Shown here piece by piece: positions 52,893 to 54,967 of a stretch of DNA of 54,967 nt (the first letter of the stretch is position 1; each line of letters starts with the position of its first letter). The position numbers and the translations under genes were made by a program. This stretch comes from an uncultured Candidatus Saccharibacteria bacterium (lineage in GTDB: Bacteria > Patescibacteriota > Minisyncoccia > UBA6257 > 1-14-0-10-40-38). The DNA lies in contig CAYIWJ010000001.1 in NCBI GenBank assembly GCA_964367145.1, positions 1-54,967 on the forward strand. The letters are read 5' to 3'. Below the pieces are notes generated by a model. It had not been told where the DNA came from, did no database searches, and saw only the letters and a list, made by a program, of their open reading frames with translations.

Positions 52893-53105
52893 CTAAGCAT
52901 CTTGTCCAATGTGCGGATTTTTCGGCAACACCAAAGTGGCTATGGCATAAACAACAATTTCAGGAACAAGGTGGGTAAAAAGAGTCAGCAAAATAAAACC
53001 CAGGCGCAGTAATACCGGATCAACGCCCCAATATTCTCCCAAGCCACCAAAAACTCCGGCTATCACCTTATTGTGCCTGCTTCTATAAAGTTTTTTCATA
53101 ATCAA
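52893..53105 (-). CDS. PspC-domain membrane protein
   Basis: LYRSRHNKVIAGVFGGLGEYWGVDPVLLRLGFILLTLF is a canonical PspC domain. 70 aa. Confidence 0.88.
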   Translation of the reverse strand: MIMKKLYRSRHNKVIAGVFGGLGEYWGVDPVLLRLGFILLTLFTHLVPEIVVYAIATLVLPKNPHIGQDA

Positions 53106-53155
53106 ACTAATTCTACCACGTCGCCCCGTGGGATAAAATAAACCACCTCGCTAGC

Positions 53156-53184
53156 TTGATCTTTACCCGTTTTATCGGTAAGAT
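53156..53184 (+). promoter_or_regulatory. candidate promoter TTGATC-17 nt-TAAGAT
   Basis: -35-like at 53156-53161 and -10-like at 53179-53184, about 50 nt upstream of ATG 53235. Confidence 0.45.
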
Positions 53185-53234
53185 ATTTCCGGATTGCGAA
53201 CCAGTCCTTTAAAAAGAGAAAAGGAGAGTCGGTT

Positions 53235-53933
53235 ATGAAAGATGGTCTGGCGCAAGCCCACGAAGAAGGCGTCATGATAGACAGAGACGATCTCGTCGCG
53301 ATCCTTAGGCTCCAACACCTTCGCTTGGTTAAAGAAAGAAAGTATCACATCAAGGGCGGTCTGGATAAAGCTTGGCTGGAAGATGAACTGAAGCGATTAG
53401 AACTCCAGCTGTCCATGCCGAATCCATTACCACTCAAAACAAGTCAAGTTCCGGCATTGCTGGTCGTAACCAAGGCCCATCTCACCATCCGCCAACTTCT
53501 TGCGGGAATCTCCGGTAAAAAATGGCATGCTGGCGAAGTCTCGTCAAGCGTTAATTTAGATTCTTTGGAATTGGAGAAAAAAATAGAAACTGGTCGCGGT
53601 ATTTACGCGATTGGTGATCTAAGGTCCGGACATGAATTGGGTGGGTTTTCTTTGTCCGAGGCCAAAGAAACTTTAAGCCGAGAATTCCGCCGCGGTCTGA
53701 CCGTGGAAGAAGCGATAGCCTTCCTAACGCACTTCCCAGAATTTTTTAGTTCCGGAGATGTCATAAAGTGTTTGTGTTCGCGGCATTCCGATCAGGAAGT
53801 GGAGAGTGCCGAGCCTAGCGTTGAGATCTGGATTTTAGGCCGATCGCCAACCCTTCGCGCCATAACCCATAGCGTCAGGGAAAGTTATAAGCGCGACATT
53901 TTTCCTTCCTGCAAAGACTCTCTCTTGTGGTAG
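53235..53933 (+). CDS. orphan hypothetical protein (232 aa)
   Basis: SD AAGGAG (53221-53226), 8 nt upstream of the ATG. Hairpin downstream. No recognisable motif. Confidence 0.7.
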   Translation: MKDGLAQAHEEGVMIDRDDLVAILRLQHLRLVKERKYHIKGGLDKAWLEDELKRLELQLSMPNPLPLKTSQVPALLVVTKAHLTIRQLLAGISGKKWHAGEVSSSVNLDSLELEKKIETGRGIYAIGDLRSGHELGGFSLSEAKETLSREFRRGLTVEEAIAFLTHFPEFFSSGDVIKCLCSRHSDQEVESAEPSVEIWILGRSPTLRAITHSVRESYKRDIFPSCKDSLLW

Positions 53934-53952
53934 TAAGCGAGACCATCAACCA

Positions 53953-53990
53953 AAACGCCCCGATTTTAATCGGGGCGTTAATATTTTTCA
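53953..53990 (+). terminator. probable terminator hairpin after the 232-aa orphan
   Basis: 10-bp stem ACGCCCCGAT (53955-53964) / ATCGGGGCGT (53969-53978) with a TTTA loop. The T-tract is interrupted (TAATATTTTT). Confidence 0.55.
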
Positions 53991-54004
53991 GTCACGCCAA
54001 AAAA

Positions 54005-54226
54005 CTAACAACAGGTACAACGTCGCTCGTTCAGTTTTGTTAGACCGGCGATGCCCACCAAAATCGGCCAGGTAATGGAAACCGTCCGAGCTTCCACGAC
54101 CTCAAAAGCGCCCAACAAGAAGACGATGGCAAAAAGCACCATTAAAAAGGGGATTACCGAATGGTGTTTACAGACGCACTTCATACCCGAATCTTTTTTA
54201 ATTTCATCCATAGTTAAATTATCCAA
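54005..54226 (-). CDS. small Cys-rich membrane protein
   Basis: 73 aa or shorter from internal Met codons. CVCKHH ... two hydrophobic segments ... RRCTCC at the C-terminus. No SD. Confidence 0.45.
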   Translation of the reverse strand: MDNLTMDEIKKDSGMKCVCKHHSVIPFLMVLFAIVFLLGAFEVVEARTVSITWPILVGIAGLTKLNERRCTCC

Positions 54227-54291
54227 AATAAAGCGCGACCTTTAGTCCATCTACTGCGTAATAATTTTGTGTAGTAGATCTATAGTATACC

Positions 54292-54323
54292 AGAAATAAA
54301 AAAGCGGACACCAAGGTGTCCGC
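54292..54323 (-). terminator. rho-independent terminator of the 145-aa orphan
   Basis: GCGGACAC (54304-54311) pairs with GTGTCCGC (54316-54323). On the minus strand it is followed by TTTTTTATTT. Confidence 0.7.
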
Positions 54324-54332
54324 GAAAAAGCG

Positions 54333-54770
54333 CTAAACCAACTCAACTTGCCAATCAGGATTTTTCATGCGCTCCACAACCGCTTCGGGGTTGATGTGTT
54401 CGCCGTAAGCAAGCGGCACAAAGAGCTCAAAATTCCGCGAGCCAAGTTCCGGTTGTCGCAGTCTGGGGCAGAGCTTGTAAATTGCGGCCGGCAATAGACC
54501 TTGAATTTGAGTCATGTCGGGACAGGACATGTGTTCACCAAGCGACAGCCAAACCTCGCCGCCCATGGTAACAATCACCGTTCTGCCGTTGTGATGATGC
54601 CAAGAACCGCGCCAAGTCTCCGGCAGGAACTCACCAATCGTATACTCGCGTCCGCGAACATTCTTTAGCGGCAAACCGGTGGCGTGAAAAAAACCAGCCA
54701 ATTTCAGCAGTTGACGCTCAAAAGACGTTGTCTTTTGCCTACTCGACACTGTCTCATTCTCCGCGCTCAT
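54333..54770 (-). CDS. orphan hypothetical protein (145 aa)
   Basis: Start placed at MSAENE (54770) because GGAGGA (54782-54777 on the minus strand) lies 6 nt upstream. The longer ORF to 54869 would run through a terminator and promoter. No recognisable motif. Confidence 0.65.
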   Translation of the reverse strand: MSAENETVSSRQKTTSFERQLLKLAGFFHATGLPLKNVRGREYTIGEFLPETWRGSWHHHNGRTVIVTMGGEVWLSLGEHMSCPDMTQIQGLLPAAIYKLCPRLRQPELGSRNFELFVPLAYGEHINPEAVVERMKNPDWQVELV

Positions 54771-54840
54771 CAGTAATCCTCCAAAAAAGGTTTTCAACGA
54801 ACTAGAAATAAAAAGATAGCAAAATAAGTTTAAAAGGTCA

Positions 54841-54872
54841 AAAAAAGCGGTGGGAATTAATATTCCCACCGC
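54841..54872 (-). terminator. rho-independent terminator overlapping the stop of the partial ORF
   Basis: 11-bp perfect stem GCGGTGGGAAT (54847-54857) / ATTCCCACCGC (54862-54872). On the minus strand it is followed by TTTTTT, which runs into a TTGACC -35-like hexamer (54841-54836). Confidence 0.75.
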
Positions 54873-54967
54873 TCGATGATTCGCGAAATGGTCTGGATCG
54901 GAACGCCGTGAACCGTTCGCGCCGCCGCCTCATCCGGACTGGGGTGGGGCAGAAAAACGATGGCCAC
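54857..54967 (-). CDS. 3' end of an ORF running off the window (36 codons), unknown function
   Basis: The minus-strand frame is open from the window edge: ...VAIVFLPHPSPDEAAARTVHGVPIQTISRIIERWEY-stop (TAA at 54859-54857). GC-rich. Possibly HTH-like (GVPIQTISRII). Confidence 0.4.
   Translation of the reverse strand: MAIVFLPHPSPDEAAARTVHGVPIQTISRIIERWEY

Noticed and set aside
1-54967. Alternative genetic code (UGA recoding, as in some candidate phyla), CRISPR arrays, IS elements or transposases, and toxin-antitoxin pairs
   Set aside because: TGA terminates well-supported genes at conserved C-termini (for example 3153-3155 and hisS at 12210-12212). I saw no regularly spaced direct repeats, no transposase or integrase motifs, and no small paired ORFs with TA-like features.

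Overview
This window reads as a chromosomal segment of a small-genome, CPR/Patescibacteria-like bacterium. That placement is an inference from gene content, compact proteins and 4-nt gene overlaps. The standard genetic code applies, since TGA is used as a stop. The window opens with the last ~50 nt of a 16S rRNA gene that is not followed by tRNA or 23S genes. Next comes a type IV pilus cluster headed by a receiver-only response regulator: two tandem pilins, PilB, PilC, three minor pilins and a PilM-PilN fusion. A housekeeping block follows (pth, lepB, hisS-like, HIT, rpsU, YqeY, ybeY, ftsA, ftsZ). After that come queuine salvage genes (tgt plus DUF2419), several secreted or anchored surface proteins, nucleotide-excision repair (uvrC ... 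uvrA uvrB), bcp, nfo, dus, a Kef-type antiporter, a Cas4-like nuclease, glycosyltransferases, NDH-2, an HlyD-type adaptor and a CcdA/thioredoxin-like thiol module. I saw no CRISPR array, IS element or tRNA gene. Main hunting results: (1) The 16S 3' tail lacks the anti-Shine-Dalgarno CCUCC, and core genes lack SD motifs; several appear leaderless. (2) In contrast, nine orphan genes carry textbook GGAGG-type SDs at 6-8 nt, and several have TTGACA-type promoters and their own terminators, so they look like foreign self-contained cassettes. (3) The largest of these is a four-gene exported/lipoprotein cassette (27.47-30.39 kb). It holds three paralogues of a domain I cannot place, sits next to a divergent TrmB-type regulator with an 18-bp perfect palindrome between them, and splits the uvrC/uvrAB neighbourhood. 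This is my best candidate for an undescribed system. (4) Another cassette is an orphan phage Mu Gam-like gene. (5) Further oddities: a 185-nt 100% identical block shared by the two pilin genes, a TACGAATA motif array upstream of pilB, a UvrA without the insertion domain, and a HisRS-like protein with degenerate catalytic motifs. All homology statements come from by-eye motif recognition, not database searches.
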